Assembly (NCBI GenBank): GCA_977862235.1
Contig: OZ374564.1
Coordinates: 1,302,001-1,366,000 of the forward strand
Direction: 5' to 3'
From: Dudresnaya verticillata
Taxonomy: Eukaryota
DNA length: 64,000 nucleotides
Part shown: positions 37,701 through 50,565 of the stretch, one piece after another
How the letters are laid out: the number at the start of each line of letters is the position of its first letter
Position numbering within the stretch: position 1 is the stretch's first letter
Translations under genes and position numbers: made by a program
The notes under the pieces: model-generated
Database searches by the model: none
What the model was told of the DNA's origin: nothing
What the model saw: only the letters and a program-made list of their open reading frames with translations

Positions 37701-38464
37701 CGCGGGGTGGTGTGGCCAAGACAGCGCCCGGGATTGCCCAGCGGGCTCCCGGGCGTCCGCCGGTGACAGGCGTCGATGCCCCGTCGGTTGTGCCCGCGCT
37801 GAGCCGCGACGGGCTATTTAGGGAGCCGCCTTTGCGGCTCCGGAGAGCGAGAGCGGTCCGGCCATCGCTCACCACGACCGCCAACTCCCCGCGTGCTGTC
37901 CCTTGTCGACAAGCACTGCACGCTCCAAGCTTCGACTCTTTCAACCTCCTCCTTCCTTCCCCTATCGCCAGCGTCGACGCGGCGATGGAGTCACGCGAGC
38001 CTATCGCGGGCGGCGCCCCTACGGAAGGGGCGCCGGTCTCCAACCCCGCCACGTCGACCGAGTCAGTCGCGGTGGGTGGACCTGCCGAGCCGGTACCAAA
38101 GGCGGCGGCGTGCGGGAAGGCGCGGCCTTCGACGGCCGCGCCAGCCGCGGAGCAACCTTCGACGGTCGCTGCGGCAGAGGCGCTACCTTCAACGGTTGCG
38201 CCAGAAGAAGCGGCGCCAACGACTGGTGCGCTAGGCGATGACGGGCACGCTCCTGCGTCGGCTTCTGCTTCCGGGTCGGGTGGTGTCGATGCCAACCCCA
38301 CCCCAAAGCCCGCCGCTGACGTCTGGTCAGAGGCGGTGGCCCTCACCGCGGCGCAGGGCAAGAAAGTGAAGGACCCGAGTGGGGCGGCCTCTGCCGCCCC
38401 GCGCCCAGTAGCGGCGGCTCGGGTCTTTCAGCCGACTGGCCCGCCTCGCGCAGGGCCTACAGCT
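37701..38464 (-). mobile_element. Fragment of a related Gypsy 3' internal region (copy B)
   Basis: Diverged inverted copy of ~36045-36800; cut at 38464 by the LTR of copy C. Confidence 0.8.
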
Positions 38465-39805
38465 TGTGGCATAGACGTCAGGTCGAACTGACGTCTAGCT
38501 GCGCTGGTCTCGTAGTCGCACCCAGACCCGTCGAAGGGTGGTAGCGGTGGTGGTAGAGCGGTGGTGTCGGCCGCGCGCGCCGTCGACGGTCGCGGATCAA
38601 CGGCGTCGAAGCCTGAGCGCGCACGGGGCGTACCGTACGCGGGCGGCAGCGGCCGGATCCCTGCGTCCCCGTCGTGGGGCGGCACGAAGCCGCCGGTGGG
38701 GAAAGGAAAAGGAAAGCCTAGGCGGCTAGGGAAAGAGGGAAGCCGTAGGGCGAAGGACTGGGAAAGAAACCCAAAGCAGAAAGGGGCAAGCCTGGCGTAG
38801 GTTGGCTTGCCTGGATTACTGAAGCCCAGAGGGGCGACTACTATATATACTACAGGGCCTGCGGCGGCACCAACCCGGGAGGTGCGCCGGCGCACCCCAA
38901 CAAGCGTCGACGCGTACGGGTAACGGCAACCCGGGGGCGCGCGTGGGCCAAACGGTCCACACGTACTCAACGGCTCGACGCCGGAGTGCGCGCGCGCGTG
39001 TCACGCACTCAACGGCTCTGCGCCGGAGTGCATGCGCACAGTGCGCGGGACAGCAGGGCGTTCGACTGCCGCTTACACTAGACGGTGCTGCACACTACAA
39101 AACAATGAACGTAGAAATTACATGGGAGTTTCAGTGTCACACGCGTACGCATGCACACACGGGCGCCACTGCGCACTTCCTTACAGTTTAGCGGGGCTTC
39201 GGCGCCACCGGCTGACAGCGTGCGCACAGCAGTGCACACGTGGCGCAACTGGTCTTACAGCTGCGCGTGCGTGGCACAGCTGGTCTTACAGCTATGCCAC
39301 ACAACCCCCCCTCAAGCGCGAACGCCTCGGTCGCGACCGTTACGACGCTCACGCTGTGGGGTGGCCAAGACGGCGCCCGGGATTGGCCAGCGGGCCCCCG
39401 GGTGTCCGTCGGTGACGGGCGTCGATGCCACGTCGGGTGTGCCCGTGCTGAGCCGCGACGGACTGTTTAGGGAGCCGCCTCTGCGGCTCCGAGGGGGGGT
39501 AGTCTAGTCATCGCTCACCATGACCACCAACACTCCCTCCCCCACGCGTACAGCTGCCTGTCGACCAGTGCCATACGCTCCAAGCTTTCGACGCTCTCAA
39601 CTTCCTCCCCCATCGCCAGCGTCGACGCGGCGATGGAGTCACGCGAACCGATCGCGGACGGCGCCCCCGCCGAGGGGGCGCCGGTTACCAAGCCCACCTC
39701 CTCGACTGAGTCAGTCGTAGGGGGTGCGCCTGCCGAGCCGGTGCCAAGGGCGCCGGCTGGCGGGGAGGCGCGGCCTTCGACGGCCGCGCCAACTGCAGAG
39801 CGACC
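38465..39805 (-). mobile_element. Gypsy copy C: 3' LTR (38465-39301), PPT and 3' internal region
   Basis: 837-bp LTR matching LTR A; minus-strand GAGGGGGGGTTG before it; 39305-39805 matches the reverse complement of 36352-36853. Confidence 0.92.
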
Positions 39806-40239
39806 TTGGCTAACGGACCATTCCTTCGAAACTTATGGCGGTTTGCGTGAATTTACCCAAAATATTTCCAGGTATTCTGAATTTCAATTTCCTTGCGTCG
39901 ATTTGGCCCGGGCGGCCCACTCCGCGGTCCGCACTGGGCCAAATTGGAAATTGCCGGCCCGCAGCATGCCCCTCACCGCGCGCGCTGCATGCGCGCCGCA
40001 TCGCCCATCTGGCCCGCCCCGCGCGTGCTCGGCGCCGCCTGCAGACTACCCCGTTACCAATTTTCGGCTTTCTGGTGCAACGGGTGCACTGTGCTGTGCG
40101 CGTCTGTGCACAAATCCGCACGCGACCGCATACAGACTGCCTCGTCACCCGCCCCCCCCCGCCCCGCCCCGCGACGCACAACGCCTTGGACAAAACCTGC
40201 TGTCGCAGTTGCCCACCCGCGTGCACACCGTGGATCCCG
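39806..40239 (+). repeat. Left terminal inverted repeat (outer ~115 bp missing)
   Basis: Reverse complement of 62018-62449 with about ten differences by eye. Confidence 0.92.
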
Positions 40240-40271
40240 ATTCTCAACTAACCCCTTTACTGTTCTTGCTA

Positions 40272-40351
40272 CTTACACATCTGAACCAGGGTCTTCCACC
40301 GTCCACTCCTCGAGGAGTGGACGGTGGAAGACCCTGGTTCAGATGTGTAAG
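40272..40351. repeat. Perfect 80-bp palindrome with no spacer
   Basis: CTTACACATCTGAACCAGGGTCTTCCACCGTCCACTCCTC|GAGGAGTGGACGGTGGAAGACCCTGGTTCAGATGTGTAAG. Confidence 0.97.
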
Positions 40352-41064
40352 GATCCAGCACTTCCCACCCTAAAAGAGCCATCACCGCTAGAGCCCCTCG
40401 CATCACCCCCTCTCCAACCAAGCCAGCCCTCTCAATCATGTCGCGAGTCCACCCCATCATCTGGACCCGGAGCCAGACAGTTGTGTCCAGCTCCTCCGCA
40501 GCCAGTGCGCGAGCCTCGTCCAGCCCAGCGCGCAGGGCACGGACCTCTTCAACCAGCGCCAGCGGGGCTGGGTCGGTCGGTAGCATTCTGGCTGTATATG
40601 GCCGACCTCCGGCCTCGGTCAGCTTCCTTTTGTTCAGACGCATGTCACTCCATGTTGGTAGCGGCGCTGAAAATGATCCCGATAGAGATGCAACTCTCAA
40701 GCTTTGTGTTATGAAGTTACGAAATTACCTGCAGGGCTGATGCAGTTGATGTCGTGCACGTCACGGCAACAGTAACCACCTAATTCAGGACTGCAAGTCC
40801 TACAAGGCAACCTCGCACATTGACTGAGGTCGATGTCCACTCGTTCGCGCGTTAGTTTCGACAATTCAGCATTACTAGGCGAGGCATGACTCTCGACGCT
40901 GCTTCGAACTATCGCTGCAACCGCTTTCAAGCATCAACTGAATCCTTCCTGAAGAAGCCGAAAATTTGCAGGAAGCATGACGGGGACTGTGCATGCGTTG
41001 ACAGGGTCGGACCCAGAGTAGGTTCGGCTAATGTCAGAGAAGGTCGTCCTCGCTTATTTACAGA

Positions 41065-41530
41065 ACAAAGTTGTTGGTAGTATGTCGAAGAAGGAGTCCC
41101 ACGTGGTATCAAACAACCTGCCGCTGCATCGTGCGTTCTCTGCGTTTTTGTTCGATACCAAGGGACGCATGCTTCTCCAACAACGTGGAGCGAAGAAAAT
41201 CACCTTTCTGTCGTTCTGGACGAAAACCGTATGGGCTCATCCGCTCCACACGCCTGCTGAGCTTGGTCGGGAGGACAGTGGAGATGCGCTTGCAGGGGTC
41301 ATGCGTGCTGCCATGGAAGCTGTCTCATGAGCTAGCTCGGTGTCAAAGAGGGAGAGGTCGGTATGGACGACCTGCACTACATGACTCGCATTCATTAGCG
41401 TTCTGAAAATGACGGAGGGGTGTGGGGTGAGCATAAGATTGATTACGTGTTCATGGCCGTGAAGGACGTAGCGCTATACTGCTATAGCTCCTGAACCACA
41501 TGAAGTCCGAGCAGTACGTATCTTCGTGCT
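41065..41530 (+). pseudogene. IDI1: Type I isopentenyl-diphosphate isomerase fragment
   Basis: LHRAFSAFLF..LLQQR..KITF..WT....HPL; downstream LHYMTRIH, WGEHKIDYV and EV motifs with stops and frameshifts. Confidence 0.88.
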
Positions 41531-42707
41531 TAGAATTATTAGAATTCATTGTCTCGGGTAGGTGAAGATAGATTTATGCAGTACGGGAGCGTTGGGTGCT
41601 TTGTAGTTGAAAGAGAGAGGTGGGGCGAGATGCGATGTAGGTGTGGGGCAGGACGACTTCCAGCAACATGCAGGTCTTGTGGACCGAACAAGATTACCAC
41701 CACTGAGGGCTGCCTTTACCCTGGGCTCAGCTGTCGGCCTCCAGAGCGATACACAGGCTGCCCTCCAGGCTTGACATAAATTCAACTTACCTACAGCCAA
41801 AAAAAGTTGTTTTCGCCAAGCTTGATACATCGGGACGCTCTTGTATATGCATACCGACGCCGATAAATTGCACTGGCTTGTCAGCAACGCAAGTGCAACC
41901 TAAGGAAGGATAGAAGCTAGGCTTGCTCTGCACAGCAGGACTAATCGCTTCCACGTTGTTCAACAGCTTAGAACAACGCGTTTGCCTTTACTAGTATCGT
42001 AGCAGTGGTACGTTCTCCGAGGCGCTACTGGAGATCCGCCTCATTAATAGAGCGCATCTGTGGAAATCATAATTCTTTTGTTGCAAAGTGGACGAAGGTG
42101 GGTGGCGGTGAGTGGTTTCGATGATACCAGCAGCATTGAGGACTACATGCAAAGGGGGGAGGGGCCTGATCATACATAATAGAGCCCCCGCCTGTGATAC
42201 CGCCCCAACTAGTCGGGTAGTCAGGAAGCAATCATAACAGTACGAAGATATTCATTTGAGCTGCCGTATCGGCGTATAACAAGCACTGGGGCCAGTTTTC
42301 GGGCCTGTTTTCCCGTTCCAGGAAGTCCAAACGGCTGAAAGCTTGGAACGGGGGCGATGTTGGGGTCTGAAAACCTAAGAATCTTTTGCCGCCGGTAACT
42401 ACAGCAGGTAACTTTTTCCGATCCGTAGCTGTCCAAGCAGCACCACCAAGTATCTCGCTAGAAGCGTTTAGGGGCGGAAGTTCATCGTGCGATACGATTA
42501 GGCTCCAGCACGTGCCGAGTTATTGTGCGTTTCTTTCGCAGACAACCAATCGCGAATAAGCTCTCGATGCAGCTATATCGTCAGCGCCAAGCCCCGACCA
42601 GCCCCGACCTGAATGGTCGCCATTCACCCATATCAAAGTAGTTCTAATGGTCATAAAGTCTGCTTCATGTCCATCCGTGTGTGTGTGTGTTTGCTTCATG
42701 TCCATCC

Positions 42708-42742
<35 letters not shown>

Positions 42743-43542
42743 TCACAGCTACTGAGAGCGCAAAAAAGGGGTTATCATTTGCTGAAGCCGGCATAGATGC
42801 AGAGCGATTTGCATTCTTTTTCGCTGAAGTGCTTCTCCCCTCGCTTAGCAGAGCCCCTTGTGTCAAGGATGAGGGAAGGAGGACGTTCAAACATCTGCGA
42901 AAGCTTTCTAAGATGTAAGTCGTACAATAGCCTGATGAGAACCACTGCATTTCTAATTGCTTCACAGCCATGCCTTCGACCTGATCCTTTGTTCATCACT
43001 TTATCTTTTGTAGTTCGGGAGTCTACCAAGATAAGTCACCGGTAATTCTAGAGACCACACACCATAAGCCCACTCTGAGCAAAAATATTCTTCAAAGCAT
43101 ACGTATGCTAGTCCGTACGGACTAAACATATGAAATAAAGCGTCGACGGAGAAAAAGTAGTACCACGTACGTACGTAGCGTTTTTATGGAAGAGCAGCTT
43201 GCGAACGTTTTTATCATTGCTCTTGACGCACTGCACGCCACGCGCGAGTTTGCTCAGCTGGGCGAAACGGGAAAGAGGACTGCGCTCGCTCGGAGCTGTG
43301 TGACGGTTGAGCACGGCGGGCTCTAAGGCGCAGGACACGGGTCGGTGCGTGTGTGAAGCGGATTGTCACGGAGACGGCGGAGTGGAGACTCGGCTCTCCG
43401 ACGCGTGCGTGCGCTGCGGACGGACTCTTGACGTGAATCAGCGTACCGTCCCGCCGCTCACCGCGGACATACGTCACACGCTTCTGGTTTTACCGTTGCG
43501 CCTGGTCGACAGCAACTCTATCGTCCTTGCGTTGCGCGGCCC

Positions 43543-46500
43543 TCACTCCACCAGTTTGAGGATGGCCAATTTCCCCTCTTCGCGCTGGGATACGCTGGTT
43601 GTGCGTAGCAGTACACCCAGCGTCCTCCCGTCCGCGCCCACTTGCACCGTCATGATGTCCTCCTCGAAACTGGCCATCACTTGCTCCACCCCGTCTATGA
43701 CGCGCACAAGGTCGTTCCGGCAAGCCTCGAAGCGCGCCCGACCGAGCATGGCGTCACCTGCAGCAGGCACTTCTGTTGGCGGCAAAAACTGCCGGCAAAC
43801 GTCTTCCCAGTCTTGCCGCTCCTCGTTCTCGACCTCGGGGTGAATGCACTTTGTCGCCTCGACGTCCCAGACCCAAACCACCCCGTTCTTTGACTGCGCC
43901 ACGACACGCATCCCGTCATTGCTTACCGCCACGCGCTCGATCAGATGCAAGCTCCCCTTCATGTGACGCCCTACCAGGTCCCAGTCTGAATCAACGTCCC
44001 ATACGCGGATCACACCACGTCGCGTTCCTGACACGACTCGGCACCCATCAGCACTAAATGCGACTGCCGAGACCGATCGCGTGTGTCCCAGGAGACGCTC
44101 CCCTACCGTCTGTCCCGTATCGGCGTCCCACACTTGAACTCCGCCTGAATTCTCCCCGGACACCACGCGGGTGCCGTCAGTGCTAACGCCAATGCACGAC
44201 ATCCCGCCCAAGTAACTAGTGAAAGGTCCTTCGCCACTCTGCTGCGATTCCACGTCCCATATGCGAACCGTCCCGGCCGCTGCCGTCGCCACACGAGTAC
44301 CTTCAACGTTAATAGACACGCTCTCTACCCAGCCAGCATGTCCCGTTGAAAGCACCGTCACCAGCTCTCCTGTTTCAGCATCTGTCACTTTGACGGTACG
44401 ATTGCGCGCGCCTGATGCCACTCGCGGACCGCAGGTACCGTTGCCGCTAACTGCAACTGTTGTTACGCCGTCCCTGTGCAAGGTTAGGTACTTCGCCTTC
44501 AGTTTTTCTGCTTTCGTGTCCCACGCACGTACCTCATTTCGAAGAGTGCCGGAAACCACTCGAGTGCAGTCCGGACTAACCGCGACGGCCGCCACCCAAA
44601 AGTGACCTTCTGGGGCCAGTTCCGCTGCTTGCCCTCGTTCAACATCAAAGACTTGGAGTCTGCTATCAGGCGACCGCGACAACACATACGCTCCATCGCT
44701 GTTCTTTGTGAGAGCATCCACCCAGTCGCCAACGCCCGTCAGAGGATCCCCAGTTTCTGCATCCCAAACTCGAGCAGTCCCGCCATGTGTAATCGACACC
44801 ACACGGATGCCGTCGGCCGTTGCCACGACGTTGTTCACTTCATCCCAGTGTCCAAGGAACGCATCACGTACCATTTCCTCAGACTCTGTTCTCCACATAC
44901 GTACTGACCGATCGCTAAAACCCATCACGACAATATCTCCATCTACAGATATAGCCCCAACACGTGCTTCGACTATCTCATGCTGACCTTCTCCAGCTGA
45001 ACTCTCCTCGTCGACGATCCCTCCACCTTCACCATGACGCTGTGTACTCCCAACTTCTGCCCCTAACGCTGTTTCATTTTCGAGCTGCAGCTTCACAATC
45101 TTGCTTTTCCCACTTTCATGCTTCGCGACGAAGAGGGCGCCGTCGCTGTTCGACCCACAACTTGTCACTCCTTGTCCTTCGATGAAACGAACATCATAAA
45201 CTACATATGGAACTTGAAATGTCTCCAACAGAGAGTCATGTGCTCCCTTCAAACACGATGTTACTGCCCGGATCCACGGTCTACGTGCAGACTTCTCCAC
45301 TCGATGTATGAAATCTCCTACCCAGTTTGGTTTCGATTTCGTTGCTAGCAGTCTTGCATATAACTGAAACTAACTGCCCGTTGTGTTCCCCACCCCATAT
45401 AGGAGACTCATTCGCACAATCTTGGACAAAGCCTTTAGAACATCAGCCTTCTTCGCAGACTCGTCCACAGGCGCCGGGTGGGAACCTAGGCTACTGGCAG
45501 TTTCAATCTCACGCCCATCTTGTCCCCATTTCTTCAAATAAGACTCAACATCACTCTCGAGAAGCAAAACAGTGTTCATCGCCATCATCTTGAATAGCCA
45601 TTGGGGGCTGCTAAGCACATTGTACACATCCGGGCCTCTCCCTGCAGCGTGAATAATTCTACACATGTTTCGCACGATGTAGCCGTCATCCTCGACAAAC
45701 GCCGGCCAGCACTCCCCATCATCAATACTTTCCGGTAACTCTGACCTGTACGCTTCCAGTATCTGGTCGAACCACTTCAACAATTCCCCATTTCCTTTTT
45801 CTTCGGCTCCTTTTGCTTCAGACTGTGTGAAGTCGTGTGTAAGGTCGTGAAGCCGGAGCCCAAAACACAGCTTACCTCCAACATGTCGATACTCAGCATC
45901 GGCTACCCCCACCCGTACCATTGCTTCTATCTTCTTCTTTGTCTCCACATCATCCGCAGTGCCCCAAATATGGCGCAGGGCTGGCACAGGAACCCAGTCC
46001 TGTTTCTGAATCACACACAACCGCCGATGCAATTCATGGTAGGTCGGCTGTGATCGGGCTTTCCCTCCCTCACGCGGCTTGTCCAGAATATCCAAGGAAA
46101 CAAGCAGCGCTACACCATACCCTGGATAATTGTCTTTCGTCACCTGCTCTACTAATTCATGGCGTCTGAAAGACTCAAGATATACATTCCATGCAGCCCT
46201 CTTATTGCCGCCCATCGCGTCTCTGTCCGACTTAACTCCCGTTCCACACAGACTCAAAGCAAAAGGTAAGCCGTCGCAGATCTTCAGGATTGCATTAATC
46301 GCTTCAGAACATTCAGCATCTTGCACCTCTGCTTCGACGTCAGCCTCCTCAACCCCCGCTACGCGCAGTAAAATATTCCTCGACTCTGGACCCAACGGAT
46401 CTCGCGGATTGAATGTCACCGTGTCTCCTAGACTTCGAGCCTGTCATGTACAGCATTCTCGTTATGTGTTGTGTAGCACTGCAGTAAACGTGAGTGATGC

Positions 46501-46640
46501 AAGCGCTCGAGGTCTCCTGGTCTACAAGTCAGAACGCAGATGCCCCAGGGTATTGTTGTACAATAATGGAGCTCTCCCATTCGCTGCTGATTCTGAGACT
46601 CCCACCCGGAAGTGCGGGTGGTGCAGGGATCCCGAGTCAC
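43543..46640 (-). pseudogene. NB-ARC (STAND) + WD40 protein, N-terminally degenerate and frameshifted
   Basis: ICDGLPFAL (GLPL-like) and LHDL (MHD-like) in 45370-46419; many GH...WD repeats in 43543-45300; no intact P-loop seen. Confidence 0.82.
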
Positions 46641-47233
46641 TCATCACTGTGATTCCAATTCAAGGGTATGGAACCCGGCACTCAGATGATGCTTTCGCTA
46701 TAGCTATGTATTACAATACATCGGTAATACTAGTACAAGGTCCCAATCGTGGTGAACCGTGCACGGTGCACATGGACAGCGCATAATGTCACCAGTCGTT
46801 CTGATTCCACTTCACAAGCAGAATACTTGCCACAAATCGGTGACCGACTGCCTGCAGCCCACACATGTTCCGAAAGCATACCGGGGGACTACACAATATT
46901 GTAATTAGGGGACGAAGAAATGCCTCCTTTGACTGGGTCAGACGACTAACGATAGGTAGACCGTTGCTCACTCACTGGTGATTCCGTTTCGCATATGCAC
47001 ACAGAACAGCATAGGAGGTTATCTGGCGAGGTTTCAGCACGTGACACCACTCCGGTGCCCACTGCGTTCTCTTCCCGATATTCTTGTTCCACCGCGCTGC
47101 GCTGACCGCCGCCAAAGGCCGCTTTTGACCTCCCACCCTTTCTTTTCTCACGATCGTACGACGCGTACTCAAAAGCGCTATTGACGGCACTGATCCCAGC
47201 GAGACGAGGCCCTTACTGCTATCGTGGTACAAA

Positions 47234-50200
47234 ATGCCTCGCACAAGAGAACGTCGCACTGCTTTGCGTCAAAGGCCTGTCACTGCGGACCGACATGCCG
47301 TCTCCGTGAAGGGAGGGAACAATTCCTCGGCCAAGACTATCGATAAGGCGACGGCGGAGACGGCCGCGGAAGAACCCATTCGCAAACAGGGGCGGAAGCG
47401 CGCCCGCAGTAACCAGCCCTGGCACGCAAATCATGTCAGCGTCGAAGAAAGTAGTGCTGTTGCTGAACGGAGAGGAGGTGGGTACGGCTGATCCAATGAC
47501 TCCGGCGTCTCCGGAAGAGGCAGACAGTACAGGTTCATTCAAAGTTAAGATGCATGGAACGTGGTTAAGAGAGGTGCAGCGGAAGAAGGAGACATGGATA
47601 GTCATCTATAATCTCCGTATTCGGAATGGACATGGGGACAAGAGGTACATGTATAAGTATCCCGGTATAAAGTCTCCCCCCACCACTCTAGCTGGTCTAA
47701 ATGTGGGTATTCATGTATGGGACAGGTAGCAAGTCCGCACTGTGAAGCCGCAACCTACAAGCGGTGCTGGAGAACCCGGCGTGGCGACCGGGGAAGCTTG
47801 CCCTCGGATAGAAATGGAGCAACCGGGTGAGAGGCACACTGTTCGTGCCCGGACGTCAACTAGGCGGTCAGGCCGTAGGGGGGTCGGGGACTTGCTCATA
47901 AGCGGACGGTGACGAAAAAAATCACCCGTACCGGTCAGTCTGATCCCAGCGCTCAGCCACACCAAGAAGGTAATGACCGCACTACCCGCCCGTATGTGCC
48001 CGCGGCCGTACCAATTAGAGGGCAAAGAAAACACGGAAGCTGGGTTATCAAAACTGGAAAGTAATGACGCGGCGCCGCGTGGGAGCGCTCCAAAACCAGC
48101 CGAGGCTGAACGGGAGAAAGGAGATTCCGGGAACGGCGCACAAGAAGACAATACTCCCGTCGACACTACAGCAGAAGAATGTGCGGGAGGTCGTGATCAC
48201 TAGTCTGAAGAAGAGCATCCTGACGTCGAGACTGCAGACGATGGGGAGGATGCTGATTCCGACACGCCGGAATGGCACCCCTCCGAAGGGGAGGAGATAA
48301 CACTAGAAGGGCGTGGAGACGGCCAGGCTACTGCTAGGACGAGCCGGAAGAGGAATTATAGACATGATGCTCGTCCGAAAGGAACCCCATCGGGGCATTT
48401 GATGGCTGCGAAGAGGAGAAAGGTAGTGGAGGTGATGGAGATGCAGGATATCTCAAACATTTTCTGCTGCCAAACGAAACAATGCTTCGGAACCATCGAG
48501 TCAGTCTACATCAGGACTGAGTCACGCAAAATGATGGACAAGAATCGCGCGGAAAGGAAGCGATACCTCACGGGACTACTGGAACCCAACTCCAACATGT
48601 ACTTCTTCAGCGGCCGGCCGGTTTGTTACTCATTTCTGGACAAGGCTTTCGGTTTCTCTAGAGACCTGCAGTCGGCAGTGAAAGGGACAAACAAGAGCCG
48701 CGAAAGGAAAGGGAGGGGGCTGATAGTTGGTGGTACTTCTACGGAACAGATGGAGGTGATAACTTCGTTCTTGGAGCGCCTCGCAGAAGTCTCTGTTGAT
48801 TCGAAACCAGACAAGGCTGAAATCCACCTCCCCTTCTATGAGAAGCTCGCAGTCTATAACACGTTTGTGACTGAGCACCGCACTCTGTACCCTAACAGAG
48901 CAACACCATCACAGAGCTACTTTTATAGTATCTGGCTCCGCAGCTGTCCGCACATTAAGGTCAGGCGAACTCACCGGTTTTCAAAATGCTCCGAGTGCGA
49001 GGAGATCAAAGATCTTCTCGCAAAAGCGGCAACGGATCTAGCGGGAACCGAAGCGCTTCGCGAGCGGCGGGCAAGGCACGTGAGAATGGTCATGCAGGAG
49101 CGAACAGAATATCGCAAGAAGTGTGAGATGGCTTCGATGTATCCGCAGAACTATTGCTCACTCATCATCGACGGTGCTGACCAGTCCGCATTTGGACTGC
49201 CACACTTCCACATCAAGGTGAAGGACACACGCGGACACGGAATGAAGGCCAAAGTAATCGGCGTTCTAGAGCATGGCCAAGTCCCACATCTAAACCTTTT
49301 CACGATGACTGCAGAGTTCGAAACAGGCGCAAACCATGTCATCGAAGCTTTGCATCGCGTATTGATGGCACGCAGAGAGAGGATGCCACTGAAGGGTACG
49401 TTGTTCCTCCAGGTCGACAACTGTACTAGGGAGAATAAGAACAGGTTTATGTTCGGCTACTTGGAGTATCTCGTTGCTATGGGTGTATTTCCGGAAGTGC
49501 ATGCGTCGTTTCTCCCCATCGGTCACACGCATGCCGATATCGATCAAGTTTTCAGCTGCACTTCGAAGAGATTACGCGTTCGAGACGCCATTATCATGGA
49601 CGACCTCATCCACGAACTACGGCAATCATACACTCCTCAACCGCGTGTCACGGAGATGTTGCAGATTATTAATTTCTCCGGGTTGTGCAAAGAGACCAGA
49701 TGCCTCGGGCGTACCGAGCCCATTTCAGAATATCGGTACTTTAGGTTCAGTGCGGAAGGAGCTAAAGACACAGACGCCGGTACGTTCAAGACTCTCTGCG
49801 AAGTGAAGAGGGGCTGCAAAGACTCTTGGAAACCGTTACATACGCGAGATGGCCAGGGGGATTTTTGTTATTTCCCCCCAACCTGCACCGGACTCCACCG
49901 ACTCCCTGTCGAGCACCGCCAGATGAACACGAAGTAACCAAGCGTCTACGATCCGCCGAGACCAGAATCAGCAATCACAGTAAGCTACAGAAGCTGTTGG
50001 CACTTTGTGATAGAGTTTACGAGGACCGTGAAGACCCATTCCACTGGGCATTGGCGGATGTGTTTGAGTTGGAAGGGGCTTACAAACCGGATGGGAGCGG
50101 CCCTAGCGCACCCTCGGAATCGGGGTCAGACGCTGAGAATGTAGTGGAACAGGACCTCACTTACACAAAGAACAGCTTTGTAGCCGTACTAGGCGACGAC

Positions 50201-50565
50201 TGTACCGAAGGATGCCCGTTCTGGCTTGGGCAGGTGATGAATTGGGAGACGGATGGGGGGGCAAGGTTACCAATTTGCAAGTAGAGTGGTACCAGAGAAG
50301 GAGTACTCGAGGGAATACTTTCACCGGGCGTTATCAGAAGGCGAGAATAACCGATGCAAATGGACATGTCAAACCGTGGAGCGATACGGTCCCGGGGAAG
50401 TCGGTTTTAGTGGAGTTCGCGCGTTTAACCAACTCTGGAATACCCGTCAGGGTGCAGCGAAAGATCAGGGAAGCCCTAGAGATGCGAAAGAGAGGAGACG
50501 ATCCGGAAATTAGTACTTCGGTAGAGGCGGGGGGACCAGGAGCAAATGGCATGGAAAGCAAATAG
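47234..50565 (+). pseudogene. Putative DDE/D-type transposase (DUF7869-like), disrupted
   Basis: 47433, 47973 and 48399 share a frame, broken by stops at ~47727, ~47910 and ~48201. Motifs FSKCSECE, SLIIDGADQ, LQVDNCTRENKN, FLPIGHTHADIDQ; frameshifts near 49860 and 50255. Confidence 0.82.

Noticed and set aside
24583..39301. LTRs at 24583 and 38465 as the two ends of one element
   Set aside because: They are inverted; the first has a PBS and the second has its own minus-strand PPT and internal region.
39810..40714. ORFs overlapping the TIRs (also 61728-62463)
   Set aside because: GC-rich repeat sequence open in several frames with no domain signal.
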